Source of the DNA: the human T2T-CHM13v2.0 reference genome, Homo sapiens
Reading direction: 5' to 3' (one strand)
DNA length: 64,000 nt
Assembly (NCBI RefSeq): GCF_009914755.1
Contig: NC_060948.1
The notes under the pieces were generated by a model. It was not told where the DNA came from and ran no database searches. It was given only the letters and a program-made list of their open reading frames with translations. Position numbers and translations under genes: made by a program. The first letter of the stretch is position 1. The number at the start of each line of letters is the position of its first letter. Shown here one piece after another: positions 39,201-55,200 of the stretch.

Positions 39201-42200
39201 AACGAAAGGAATGTCATCGAATGGAATTGAATCGATTGGAATGAAATCGCATAGAATGGAGTGGAATCAAATGGAATTGAATCGAAAGGAAAGGAAGCGA
39301 ATGGACTGAAATGAAATGGAATGGAATTGAATGGAAAGTAATGCAATGGAATAGAATGGAACGAAATTTCACAGAATGGAATCAAACTGAATGGAATCAA
39401 ACCAATGGAATCAAATCAAATGGAATGGAAAGGAATTGAATGGAGTAGATTGGATTGGATGGGATTGGAATGAAATGTACTGGAAAGGACTCGAATTTCA
39501 TGAAACGGAATGGAATGAATTGGAACGGAACGGACTCGAATGGAATGGAATGTCATGGAATGGCATCAAATGGAATGGCATCAAATGGAATGGAATCGAA
39601 TGCAATGGAATGCTATGGAATGGAATGGAATGCATTGGAATGGAATGTCCTCTAATGGAATGGATTCGAGTGGAATGGAATCGAATATAATGGAGTCGAA
39701 TGAAATGGAATTGAAAGGAATGGGATCGAATACAATGGAATATACTGGAATGTAATGTAATGAACTCGAATGTAATTGACTGGAATGGAATGTACATGAA
39801 TGGAATGTAATCGAATGGAAAGTAATCCAATGGAATAGAATCTAATGCAATAAAATCGACTCAGATAGAGTAGAATGTAATGGAATGGAGTGCAGTGCAA
39901 TGGAATGGAATGGAATGGAATGCAATGGAATGGAATGGAATGGAATGGAATGGAATGGAATGGGATGGAATGGTATGGAATGGATAGTAATGGACTGGAG
40001 TGAAATGGACTGGAAAGGAATGGACTCAAATTGAAAGGGCTGGAAAGGAATGGAGTCAAATGGAATGGTCTGGAATGGAATGAACACGAAAGTAATGCAA
40101 TCCAATAGAATGGAATCGAATGGCATGGAATATAATGAAATGGAATCGAAGAGAATGGAAACAAATGGAATGGAATTGAATGGAATGGAATTGAATGGAA
40201 TGGGAACGAATGGAGTGAAATTGTATGCAGTAGAAGGGAATAGAATGGAATGCAAGCGAAAGGAAAGGAATGGATTGGAATGGAATGGAATTCATTGGAA
40301 TGGAAGGGAATGTAGTGTAATGGACAGGCCTGGAATAAAGTGGAATGCTACGGTCTCGAATGGAATAAAAATGTATGGAATGGAATGCAATGAAACGGAA
40401 TCGAATGTCATAGAATGTAATGGAATGCAAAAAAATGGAATCCAAAATCATTGACTGGAAAGGCTGGGTGTCGAAAGGAATTGACTCCAATGGAATGGAA
40501 TCGAATGGAATGGAAGTGAATAGAATCGAACTAAATCGAATGGAATGGAATTGATAGGAACGGAATAGAAAGGAATGCAATGATTTGGCACGGAATGGAA
40601 TCGAATGGCATCGAATGGAATGGAATGGAATGCAATGGAATGGAACGTATTAGAATGTAATGAACTTTAATGGAATGTACTCGAATGGAATCGAGTGGAA
40701 TGGAATGTTCTGGAAGTGAATGGACTCCAATGGAATGGATTCAAAAGGAATGGAATCGTACGGAATGGAATCTAATGGAATGGAATTAAATGGAAATGAA
40801 TCAAATTGAATAGCATGGAATTGAATTGAATGGAATCGAATGCAATGGAATCTAATGAAACGGAAAGGAAAGGAATGGAATGGAATGGAATGGGCTGGAA
40901 TGGAAAGGAATCGAAACGAATGGAATGGAATCGAATTGACGAGACTGGAATGGAATGCACTGGAATGGAAGGGAGTGTAATGGAAGGTTCTCGAAAAAAA
41001 TGGAATCGAATGGAATGGAATTGAATGGAACGGAATAGAGTCGAATGGAATTGAATAGAATGGAATGGACTAGAGTGAAATGGAATCGAACCACAAGGAA
41101 TGGACAGAAATAGAATGGTCTCGAATTGAATGGAATCGTATGGAATGGCATCAAACGGAATGGAATGGACAGCCACGGAATGGAATGCACTCGAATGCAA
41201 TGGAGTCGAAACTAATGGACTGGAATAGAATGGACTCGACTGGTACGGACTCCAATGGAATGGAATCGAATGGAAGGGAATCGAACGGAATGGACTCGAA
41301 GGGAAAAGACTGCAATGGAAAGGTCTCGAATGGAATGGAAATTAATGGAATGGAATGGAATCGAATGAAATGGAGTCAAAAGGAATGGAATCGAATGGCA
41401 AGAAATCGAATGTAATGGAATCACAAGGAATTGATGTGAACGGAACGGAATGGAATGGAATCCAAAGGAATGGAATAGAATGGAATGGAATCGAATGGAA
41501 AGGACTCGAATGGAAATCACTCGAATAGAATGCAATTTAATAAAATAGGATCAAATGTAATGGAATGGAATGGAAAGGAATCGAAACGAAAGGAATGGAG
41601 ACAGATGGAATGGAATGGAACAGAGAGCAATGGTATAGAATGGAATGGAATCATCTGGAATGGAATTGAATGGAATGGAATAATATGAAATGGAATGGAA
41701 TGGAATGGAATGGAATGCCCTTGAATTAAATGGACTGGAATGGAATGGACTCGAACAGAGTGGAATGGAAAGTGTTGAGATAGAATGGAATGGACTCCTT
41801 TGGAATGGTGTAGTATGCAATGCAATCGACTGGCAGGGAATCAAAAGGAATGTAAAGGAATGGATTGGACAGGAATGAAATGGACTCGAATAGATTGGAA
41901 ACGGAATGCAAAGGAATGGAATGGAATAGTATGGAATGGAATGGAAAGGAATGGAGTGGAATAGACTAGAGTGGAATGGAATGGACTGGAAAGCAATAGA
42001 CTGGAATGGAACTTTCTTGAATGGACTAGAATCAAACGGAATGGAATGCAATGCAATCAAATGGCATGGAATAAAATAGAATGAAAGAGAATCAAATGGA
42101 ATTGAATCGAATGGAATCGAATGGATTGGAAAGGAATAGAATGGAATGGAATGGAATTGACTCAAATGGAATGGACTAGAATGGAATGGATTCGAATGGA

Positions 42201-45200
42201 AGGCAAAGGAATGGAATCTATTGGAATGGACTGTAATGGAATGGAATGGAAGGGATTGGAATGGACTCGAATGGAATGGACTGCAATAGAAAGGATTCGA
42301 ATGGAATGAAAAAGAATTGAATGGAATAGAACAGAATGGAATCAAATCGAATGAAATGGAATGGAATAGAAAGGAATGGAATGAAATGGAATGGAAAGGA
42401 TTCGAATGGAATGCAATCGAATGGAATGGAATCGAACGGAATGGAATAAAATGGAAGAAAACTGGCAAGAAATGGAATCGAAATGAATGGAGAGTTATGG
42501 AACGGACTCAAAAGGAATTGAATGTAATAGAATGGAGTGGAGTGGACTCGAATATAATGGACTGGAATGGAATGAAATCACATGGAATGGGAACGAATGG
42601 AATGGAATGGAAAGGAATGGAATCGAATGGAAAGGAATCGAATGGAAGGGAATGAAATTGAATCAACAGGAATGGAAGGGAATAGAATAGACGGTAATGG
42701 AATGGACTCGAATAGAATGGACACGAATGCTGAAATGGAATGGACTCAAATGGAATGGAAACGAAAGGAATGTCATCGAATGGAATTGAATCGATTGGAA
42801 TGAAATCGCATAGAATGGAGTGGAATCAAATGGAATTGAATCGAAAGGAAAGGAAGCGAATGGACTGAAATGAAATGGAATGGAATTGAATGGAAAGTAA
42901 TGCAATGGAATAGAATGGAACGAAATTTCACAGAATGGAATCAAACTGAATGGAATCAAACCAATGGAATCAAATCAAATGGAATGGAAAGGAATTGAAT
43001 GGAGTAGATTGGATTGGATGGGATTGGAATGAAATGTACTGGAAAGGACTCGAATTTCATGAAACGGAATGGAATGAATTGGAACGGAACGGACTCGAAT
43101 GGAATGGAATGTCATGGAATGGCATCAAATGGAATGGCATCAAATGGAATGGAATCGAATGCAATGGAATGCTATGGAATGGAATGGAATGCATTTTAAT
43201 GGAATGTCCTCTAATGGAATGGATTCGAGTGGAATGGAATCGAATATAATGGAGTCGAATGAAATGGAATTGAAAGGATTGGGATCGAATACAATGGAAT
43301 ATACTGGAATGTAATGTAATGAACTCGAATGTAATTGACTGGAATGGAATGTACATGAATGGAATGTAATCGAATGGAAAGTAATCCAATGGAATAGAAT
43401 CTAATGCAATAAAATCGACTCAGATAGAGTAGAATGTAATGGGATGGAGTGCAGTGCAATGGAATGGAATGGAATGGAATGCAATGGAATGGAATGGAAT
43501 GGAATGCAATGGAATGGAATGGAATGGAATGGAATGGAATGGAATGGGATGGAATGGTATGGAATGGATAGTAATGGACTGGAGTGAAATGGACTGGAAA
43601 GGAATGGACTCAAATTGAAAGGGCTCGAAAGGAATGGAGTCAAATGGAATGATCTGGAATGGAATGAACACGAAAGTAATGCAATCCAATAGAATGGAAT
43701 CGAATGGCATGGAATATAATGAAATGGAATCGAAGAGAATGGAAACAAATGGAATGGAATTGAATGGAATGGAATTGAATGGAATGGGAACGAATGGAGT
43801 GAAATTGTATGCAGTAGAAGGGAATAGAATGGAATGCAAGCGAAAGGAAAGGAATGGATTGGAATGGAATGGAATTCATTGGAATGGAAGGGAATGTAGT
43901 GTAATGGACAGGCCTGGAAAAAAGTGGAATGCTACGGTCTCGAATGGAATAAAAATGTATGGAATGGAATGCAATGAAACGGAATCGAATGTCATAGAAT
44001 GTAATGGAATGCAAAAAAATGGAATCCAAAATCATTGACTGGAAAGGCTGGGTGTCGAAAGGAATTGACTCCAATGGAATGGAATCGAATGGAATGGAAG
44101 TGAATAGAATCGAACTAAATCGAATGGAATGGAATTGATAGGAACGGAATGGAAAGGAATGCAATGATTTGGCATGGAATGGAATCGAATGGCATCGAAT
44201 GGAATGGAATGGAATGCAATGGAATGGAACGTATTAGAATGTAATGAACTTTAATGGAATGTACTCGAATGGAATCGACTGGAATGGAATGTTCTGGAAG
44301 TGAATGGACTCCAATGGAATGGATACAAAAGGAATGGAATCGTACGGAATGGAATCTAATGGAATGGAATTAAATGGAAATGAATCAAATTGAATAGCAT
44401 GGAATTGAATTGAATGGAATCAAATGCAATGGAATCTAATGAAACGGAAAGGAAAGGAATGGAATGGAATGGAATGGGCTGGAATGGAAAGGAATCGAAA
44501 CGAATGGAATGGAATCGAATTGACGAGACTGGAATGGAATGCACTGGAATGGAAGGGAGTGTAATGGAAGGTTCTCGAAAAAAATGGAATCGAATGGAAT
44601 GGAATTGAATGGAACGGAATAGAGTCGAATGGAATTGAATAGAATGGAATGGACTAGAGTGAAATGGAATCGAACCACAAGGAATGGACAGGAATAGAAT
44701 GGTCTCGAATTGAATGGAATCGTATGGAATGGCATCAAACGGAATGGAATGGACAGCCACGGAATGGAATGCACTCGAATGCAATGGAGTCGAAACTAAT
44801 GGACTGGAATAGAATGGACTCGACTGGTACGGACTCCAATGGAATGGAATCGAATGGAAGGGAATCGAACGGAATGGACTCGAAGGGAAAAGACTGCAAT
44901 GGAAAGGTCTCGAATGGAATGGAAATTAATGGAATGGAATGGAATCGAATGAAATGGAGTCAAAAGGAATGGAATCGAATGGCAAGAAATCGAATGTAAT
45001 GGAATCGCAAGGAATTGATGTGAACGGAACGAAATGGAATGGAATCCAAAGGAATGGAATAGAATGGAATGGAATCGAATGGAAAGGACTCGAATGGAAA
45101 TCACTCGAATAGAATGCAATTTAATAAAATAGGATCAAATGTAATGGAATGGAATGGAAAGGAATCGAAACGAAAGGAATGGAGACAGATGGAATGGAAT

Positions 45201-48200
45201 GGAACAGAGAGCAATGGTATAGAATGGAATGGAATCATCTGGAATGGAATTGAATGGAATGGAATAATATGAAATGGAATGGAATGGAATGGAATGGAAT
45301 GCCCTTGAATTAAATGGACTGGAATGGAATGGACTCGAACAGAGTGGAATGGAAAGTGTTGAGATAGAATAGAATGGACTCGTTTGGAATGGTCTAGTAT
45401 GCAATGCAATCGACTGGCAGGGAATCAAAAGGAATGTAATGGAATGGATTGGACAGGAATGAAATGGACTCGAATAGATTGGAAACGGAATGCAAAGGAA
45501 TGGAATGGAATAGTATGGAATGGAATGGAAAGGAATGGAGTGCAATAGACTAGACTGGAATGGAATGGACTGGAAAGCAATGGACTGGAATGGAACTTTC
45601 TTGAATGGACTGGAATCAAACGGAATGGAATGCAATGCAATCAAATGGCATGGAATAAAATAGAATGAAAGAGAATCAAATGGAATTGAATCGAATGGAA
45701 TCGAATGGATTGGAAAGGAATAGAATGGAATGGAATGGAATTGACTCAAATGGAATGGACTAGAATGGAATGGATTCGAATGGAAGGCAAAGGAATGGAA
45801 TCTATTGGAATGGACTGTAATGGAATGGAATGGAAGGGATTGGAATGGACTCGAATGGAATGGACTGCAATAGAAAGGATTCGAATGGAATGAAAAAGAA
45901 TTGAATGGAATAGAACAGAATGGAATCAAATCGAATGAAATGGAATGGAATAGAAAGGAATGGAATGAAATGGAATGGAAAGGATTCGAATGGAATGCAA
46001 TCGAATGGAATGGAATCGAACGGAATGGAATAAAATGGAAGAAAACTGGCAAGAAATGGAATCGAAATGAATGGAGTGTTATGGAACGGACTCAAAAGGA
46101 ATTGAATGTAATAGAATGGAGTGGAGTGGACTCGAATATAATGGACTGGAATGGAATGAAATCACATGGAATGGGAACGAATGGAATGGAATGGAAAGGA
46201 ATGGAATCGAATGGAAAGGAATCGAATGGAAGGGAATGAAATTGAATCAACAGGAATGGAAGGGAATAGAATAGACGGTAATGGAATGGACTCGAATAGA
46301 ATGGACACGAATGCTGAAATTGAATGGACTCGAATGCAATGGAAACGAAAGGAATGTCATCGAATGGAATTGAATCGATTGGAATGAAATCGCATAGAAT
46401 GGAGTGGAATCAAATGGAATTGAATCGAAAGGAAAGGAAGCGAATGGACTGAAATGAAATGGAATGGAATTGAATGGAAAGTAATGCAATGGAATAGAAT
46501 GGAACGAAATTTCACAGAATGGAATCAAACTGAATGGAATCAAACCAAAGGAATCAAATCAAATGGAATGGAAAGGAATTGAATGGAGTAGATTGGATTG
46601 GATGGGATTGGAATGAAATGTACTGGAAAGGACTCGAATTTCATGAAACGGAATGGAATGAATTGGAACGGAACGGACTCGAATGGAATGGAATGTCATG
46701 GAATGGCATCAAATGGAATGGCATCAAATGGAATGGAATCGAATGCAATGGAATGCTATGGAATGGAATGGAATGCATTTTAATGGAATGTCCTCTAATG
46801 GAATGGATTCGAGTGGAATGGAATCGAATATAATGGAGTCGAATGAAATGGAATTGAAAGGAATGGGATCGAATACAATGGAATATACTGGAATGTAATG
46901 TAATGAACTCGAATGTAATTGACTGGAATGGAATGTACATGAATGGAATGTAATCGAATGGAAAGTAATCCAATGGAATAGAATCTAATGCAATAAAATC
47001 GACTCAGATAGAGTAGAATGTAATGGAATGGAGTGCAGTGCAATGGAATGGAATGGAATGGAATGCAATGGAATGGAATGGAATGGAATGGAATGGAATG
47101 GTGTGGAATGGATAGTAATGGACTGGAGTGAAATGGACTGGAAAGGAATGGACTCAAATTGAATGGGCTCGAAAGGAATGGAGTCAAATGGAATGGTCTG
47201 GAATGGAATGAACACGAATGTAATGCAATCCAATAGAATGGAATCGAATGGCATGGTATATAAAGAAATGGAATCGAAGAGAATGGAAACAAATGGAATG
47301 GAATTGAGTGGAATGGAATTGAATGGAATGGGAACGAATGGAGTGAAATTGTATGCAGTAGAAGAGAATAGAATGGAATGCAAGCGAAAGGAAAGGAATG
47401 GATTGGAATGGAATGGAATTCATTGGAATGGAAGGGAATGTAGTGTAATGGACAGGCCTGGAATAAAGTGGAATGCTACGGTCTCGAATGGAATAAAAAT
47501 GTATGGAATGGAATGCAATGAAATGGAATCGAATGTCATAGAATGTAATGGAATGCAAAAAAATGGACTCCAAAATCATTGACTGGAAAGGCTGGGTGTC
47601 GAAAGGAATTGACTCCAATGGAATGGAATCGAATGGAATGGAAGTGAATAGAATCGAACTAAATCGAATGGAATGGAATTGATAGGAACGGAATGGAAAG
47701 GAATGCAATGATTTGGCATGGAATGGAATCGAATGGCATCGAATGGAATGGAATGGAATGCAATGGAATGGAATGTATTAGAATGGAATGAACTTTAATG
47801 GAATGTACTCGAATGGATTCGACTGGAATGGAATGTTCTGGAAGTGAATGGACTCCAATGGAATGGATTCAAAAGGAATGGAATCGTACGGAATGGAATC
47901 TAATGGAATGGAATTAAATGGAAATGAATCAAATTGAATAGCACGGAATTGAATTGAATGGAATGGAATGCAATGGAATCTAATGAAACGGAAAGGAAAG
48001 GAATGGAATGGAATGGAATGGGCTGGAATGGAAAGGAATCGAAACGAATGGAATGGAATCGAACTGAAGAGACTGGAATGGAATGCACTGGAATGGAAGG
48101 GAGTGTAATGGAAGGTTCTCGAAAAAAATGGAATGGAATGGAATGGAATTGAATGGAACGGAATAGAGTCGAATGGAATTGAATGCAATGGAATGGACTA

Positions 48201-51200
48201 GAGTGAAATGGAATCGAACAACAAGGAATGGACAGGAATAGAATGGTCTCGAATTGAATGGAATCGTATGGAATGGCATCAAACGGAATGGAATGGACAG
48301 CCACGGAATGGAATGCACTCGAATGCAATGGAGTCGAAACTAATGGACTGGAATAGAATGGACTCGACTGGTATGGACTCCAATGGAATGGAATCGAATG
48401 GAAGGGAATCGAACGGAATGGACTCGAAGGGACAAGACTGCAATGGAAAGGTCTCGAATGGAATGGAAATTAATGGAATGGAATGGAATCGAATGAAATG
48501 GAGTCAAAAGGAATGGAATCGAATGGCAAGAAATCGAATGTAATGGAATCGCAAGGAATTGATGTGAACGGAACGGAATGGAATGGAATCCAAAGGAATG
48601 GAATAGAATGGAATGGAATCGAATGGAAAGGACTCGAATGGAAATCACTCGAATAGAATGCAATTTAATAAAATAGGATCAAATGTAATGGAATGGAATG
48701 GAAAGGAATCGAAACGAAAGGAATGGAGACAGATGGAATGGAATGGAACAGAGAGCAATGGTATAGAATGGAATGGAATCATCTGGAATGGAATTGAATG
48801 GAATGGAATAATATGAAATGGAATGGAATGGAATGGAATGGAATGCCCTTGAATTAAATGGACTGGAATGGAATGGACTCGAACAGAGTGGAATGGAAAG
48901 TGTTGAGATAGAATGGAATGGACTCCTTTGGAATGGTCTAGTATGCAATGCAATCGACTGGTAGGGAATCAAAAGGAATGTAATCGAATGGATTGGACTG
49001 GAATGCAATGGACTCGAATAGATTGGAAACGGAATGCAAAGGAATGGAATGGAATAGTATGGAATGGAATGGAAAGGAATGGAGTGGAATAGACTAGAGT
49101 GGAATGGAATGGACTGGAAAGCAATGGACTGGAATGGAACTTTCTTGAATGGACTGGAATCAAACGGAATGGAATGCAATGCAATCAAATGGCATGGAAT
49201 AAAATAGAATGAAAGAGAATCAAATGGAATTGAATCGAATGGAATCGAATGGATTGGAAAGGAATAGAATGGAATGGAATGGAATTGACTCAAATGGAAT
49301 GGACTAGAATGGAATGGATTCGAATGGAAGGCAAAGGAATGGAATCTATTGGAATGGACTGTAATGGAATGGAATGGAAGGGATTGGAATGGACTCGAAT
49401 GGAATGGACTGCAATAGAAAGGATTCGAATGGAATGAAAAAGAATTGAATGGAATAGAACAGAATGGAATCAAATCGAATGAAATGGAATGGAATAGAAA
49501 GGAATGGAATGAAATGGAATGGAAAGGATTCGAATGGAATGCAATCGAATGGAATGGAATCGAACGGAATGGAATAAAATGGAAGAAAACTGGCAAGAAA
49601 TGGAATCGAAATGAATGGAGTGTTATGGAACGGACTCAAAAGGAATTGAATGTAATAGAATGGAGTGGAGTGGACTCGAATATAATGGACTGGAATGGAA
49701 TGAAATCACATGGAATGGGAACGAATGGAATGGAATGGAAAGGAATGGAATCGAATGGAAAGGAATCGAATGGAAGGGAATGAAATTGAATCAACAGGAA
49801 TGGAAGGGAATTGAATAGACGGTAATGGAATGGAATCGAATAGAATGGACACGAATGCTCAAATTGAATGGACTCGAATGGAATGGAAACGAAAGGAATG
49901 TCATCGAATGGAATTGAATCGATTGGAATGAAATCGCATAGAATGGAGTGGAATCAAATGGAATTGAATCGAAAGGAAAGGAAGCGAATGGACTGAAATG
50001 AAATGGAATGGAATTGAATGGAAAGTAATGCAATGGAATAGAATGGAACGAAATTTCACGGAATGGAATCAAACTGAATGGAATCAAATCAATGGAATCT
50101 AATCAAATGGAATGGAAAGGAATTGAATGGAGTAGATTGGATTGGATGGGATTGGAATGAAATGTACTGGAAAGGACTCGAATTTCATGAAACGGAATGG
50201 AATGAATTGGAACGGAATGGACTCGAATGGAATGGAATGTCATGGAATGGCATCAAATGGAATGGCATCAAATGGAATGGAATCGAATGCAATGGAATGC
50301 TATGGAATGGAATGGAATGCATTGGAATGGAATGTCCTCTAATGGAATGGATTCGAGTGGAATGGAATCGAATATAATGGAGTCGAATGAAATGGAATTG
50401 AAAGGAATGGGATCGAATAGAATGGAATATACTGAAATGTAATGTAATGAACTCGAATGTAATTGACTGGAATGGAATGTACATGAATGGAATGTAATCG
50501 AATGGAAAGTAATCCAATGGAATAGAATCTAATGCAATAAAACCGACTCAGATAGAGTAGAATGTAATGGAATGGAGTGCAGTGCAATGGAATGGAATGG
50601 AATTGAATGCAATGGAATGGAATGGAATGGAATGGAATGGAATGGAATGGAATGGAATGGAATGGAATGGGATGGAATGGTATGGAATGGATAGTAATGG
50701 ACTGGAGTGAAATGGACTGGAAAGGAATTGACTCAAATTGAAATTGCTCGAAAGGAATGGAGTCAAATGGAATGGTCTGGAATGGAATGAACACGAATGT
50801 AATGCAATGCAATAGAATGGAAACGAATGGCATGGAATATAAAGAAATGGAATCGAAGAGAATGGAAACAAATGGAATGGAATTGAATGGAATGGAATTG
50901 AATGGAATGGGAACGAATGGAGTGAAATTGTATGCAGTAGAAGGGAATAGAATGGAATGCAAGCGAAAGGAAAGGAATGGATTGGAATGGAATGGAATTC
51001 ATTGGAATGGAAGGGAATGTAGTGTAATGGACAGGCCTGGAATAAAGTGGAATGCTACGGTCTCGAATGGAATAAAAATGTATGGAATGGAATGCAATGA
51101 AACGGAATCGAATGTCATAGAATGTAATGGAATGCAAAAAAATGGAATCCAAAATCATTGACTGGAAAGGCTGGGTGTCGAAAGGAATTGACTCCAATGG

Positions 51201-52299
51201 AATGGAATCGAATGGAATGGAAGTGAATAGAATCGAACTAAATCGAATGGAATGGAATTGATAGGAACGGAATGGAAAGGAATGCAATGATTTGGCATGG
51301 AATGGAATCGAATGGCATCGAATGGAATGGAATGGAATGCAATGGAATGGAATGTATTAGAATGTAATGAACTTTAATGGAATGTACTCGAATGGATTCG
51401 ACTGGAATGGAATGTTCTGGAAGTGAATGGACTCCAATGGAATGGATTCAAAAGGAATGGAATCGTACGGAATGGAATCTAATGGAATGGAATTAAATGG
51501 AAATGAATCAAATTGAATAGCACGGAATTGAATTGAATGGAATGGAATGCAATGGAATCTAATGAAACGGAAAGGAAAGGAATGGAATGGAATGGAATGG
51601 GCTGGAATGGAAAGGAATCGAAACGAATGGAATGGAATCGAACTGAAGAGACTGGAATGGAATGCACTGGAATGGAAGGGAGTGTAATGGAAGGTTCTCG
51701 AAAAAAATGGAATCGAATGGAATGGAATTGAATGGAACGGAATAGAGTCGAATGGAATTGAATGGAATGGAATGGACTAGAGTGAAATGGAATCGAACCA
51801 CAAGGAATGGACAGGAATAGAATGGTCTCGAATTGAATGGAATCGTATGGAATGGCATCAAACGGAATGGAATGGACAGCCACGGAATGGAATGCACTCG
51901 AATGCAATGGAGTCGAAACTAATGGACTGGAATAGAATGGACTCGACTGGTACGGACTCCAATGGAAGGGAATCGAATGGAAGGGAATCGAACGGAATGG
52001 ACTCGAAGGGAAAAGACTGCAATGGAAAGGTCTCGAATGGAATGGAAATTAATGGAATGGAATGGAATCGAATGAAATGGAGTCAAAAGGAATGGAATCG
52101 AATGGCAAGAAATCGAATGTAATGGAATCGCAAGGAATTGATGTGAACGGAACGGAATGGAATGGAATCCAAAGGAATGGAATAGAATGGAATGGAATCG
52201 AATGGAAAGGACTCGAATGGAAATCACTCGAATAGAATGCAATTTAATAAAATAGGATCAAATGTAATGGAATGGAATGGAAAGGAATCGAAACGAAAG

Positions 52300-55200
52300 G
52301 AATGGAGACAGATGGAATGGAATAGAACAGAGAGCAATGGTATAGAATGGAAAGGAATCATCTGGAATGGAATTGAATGGAATGGAATAATATGAAATGG
52401 AATGGAATGGAATGGAATGGAATGGAATGCCCTTGAATTAAATGGACTGGAATGGAATGGACTCGAACAGAGTGGAATGGAAAGTGTTGAGATAGAATGG
52501 AATGGACTCGTTTGGAATGGTCTAGTATGCAATGCAATCGACTGGCAGGGAATCAAAAGGAATGTAATCGAATGGATTGGACTGGAATGCAATGGACTCG
52601 AATAGATTGCAAACGGAATGCAAAGGAATGGAATGGAATAGTATGGAATGGAATGGAAAGGAATGGAGTGGAATAGACTAGACTGGAATGGAATGGACTG
52701 GAAAGCAATGGACTGGAATGGAACTTTCTTGAATGGACTGGAATCAAACGGAATGGAATGCAATGCAATCAAATGGCATGGAATAAAATAGAATGAAAGA
52801 GAATCAAATGGAATTGAATCGAATGGAATCGAATGGATTGGAAAGGAATAGAATGGAATGGAATGGAATGGACTAGAATGGAATGGATTCGAATGGAAGG
52901 CAAAGGAATGGAATCTATTGGAATGGACTGTAATGGAATGGAATGGAAGGGATTGGAATGGACTCGAATGGAATGGACTGCAATAGAAAGGATTCGAATG
53001 GAATGAAAAAGAATTGAATGGAATAGAACAGAATGGAATCAAATCGAATGAAATGGAATGGAATAGAAAGGAATGGAATGAAATGGAATGGAAAGGATTC
53101 GAATGGAATGCAATCGAATGGAATGGAATCGAACGGAATGGAATAAAATGGAAGAAAACTGGCAAGAAATGGAATCGAAATGAATGGAGTGTTATGGAAC
53201 GGACTCAAAAGGAATTGAATGTAATAGAATGGAGTGGAGTGGACTCGAATATAATGGACTGGAATGGAATGAAATCACATGGAATGGGAACGAATGGAAT
53301 GGAATGGAAAGGAATGGAATCGAATGGAAAGGAATCGAATGGAAGGGAATGAAATTGAATCAACAGGAATGGAAGGGAATAGAATAGACGGTAATGGAAT
53401 GGAATCGAATAGAATGGACACGAATGCTCAAATGGAATGGACTCGAATGGAATGGAAACGAAAGGAATGTCATTGAATGGAATTGAATCGATTGGAATGA
53501 AATCGCATAGAATGGAGTGGAATCAAATGGAATTGAATCGAAAGGAAAGGAAGCGAATGGACTGAAATGAAATGGAATGGAATTGAATGGAAAGTAATGC
53601 AATGGAATAGAATGGAACGAAATTTCACGGAATGGAATCAAACTGAATGGAATCAAATCAATGGAATCCAATCAAATGGAATGGAGTAGATTGGATTGGA
53701 TGGGATTGGAATGAAATGTACTGGAAAGGGCTCGAATTTCATGAAACGGAATGGAATGAATTGGAACGGAATGGACTCGAATGGAATGGAATGTCATAGA
53801 ATGGCATCAAATGGAATGGCATCAAATGGAATGGAATCGAATGCAATGGAATGCTATGGAATGGAATGGAATGCATTGGAATGGAATGTCCTCTAATGGA
53901 ATGGATTCGAGTGGAATGGAATCGAATATAATGGAGTCGAATGAAATGGAATTGAAAGGAATGGGATCGAATACAATGGAATATACTGGAATGTAATGTA
54001 ATGAACTCGAATGTAATTGACTGGAATGGAATGTACATGAATGGAATGTAATCGAATGGAAAGTAATCCAATGGAATAGAATCTAATGCAATAAAATCGA
54101 CTCAGATAGAGTAGAATGTAATGGAATGGAGTGCAGTGCAATGGAATGGAATGGAATGGAATGCAATGGAATGGAATGGAATGGAATGGAATGGAATGGA
54201 ATGGAATGGAATGGAATGGAATGGGATGGAATGGTATGGAATGGATGGTAATGGACTGGAGTGAAATGGACTGGAAAGGAATGGACTCAAATTGAAAGGG
54301 CTGGAAAGGAATGGAGTCAAATGGAATGGTCTGGAATGGAATGAACACGAAAGTAATGCAATCCAATAGAATGGAATCGAATGGCATGGAATATAATGAA
54401 ATGGAATCGAAGAGAATGGAAACAAATGGAATGGAATTGAATGGAATGGAATTGAATGGAATGGGAACGAATGGAGTGAAATTGTATGCAGTAGAAGGGA
54501 ATAGAATGGAATGCAAGCGAAAGGAAAGGAATGGATTGGAAAGGAATGGAATTCATTGGAATGGAAGGGAATGTAGTGTAATGGACAGGCCTGGAATAAA
54601 GTGGAATGCTACGGTCTCGAATGGAATAAAAATGTATGGAATGGAATGCAATGAAACGGAATCGAATGTCATAGAATGTAATGGAATGCAAAAAACTGGA
54701 ATCCAAAATCATTGACTGGAAAGGCTGGGTGTCGAAAGGAATTGACTCCAATGGAATGGAATCGAATGGAATGGAAGTGAATAGAATCGAACTAAATCGA
54801 ATGGAATGGAATTGATAGGAACGGAATGGAAAGGAATGCAATGATTTGGCACGGAATGGAATCGAATGGCATCGAACGGAATGGAATGGAATGCAATTGA
54901 ATGGAACGTATTAGAATGTAATGAACTTTAATGGAATGTACTCGAATGGATTCGACTGTAATGGAATGTTGTGGAAGTGAATGGACTCCAATGGAATGGA
55001 TTCAAAAGGAATGGAATCGTACGGAATGGAATCTAATGGAATGGAATTAAATGGAAATGAATCAAATTGAATAGCATGGAATTGAATTGAATGGAATCGA
55101 ATGCAATGGAATCTAATGAAACGGAAAGGAAAGGAATGGAATGGAATGGAATGGGCTGGAATGGAAAGGAATCGAAACGAATGGAATGGAGTCGAACTGA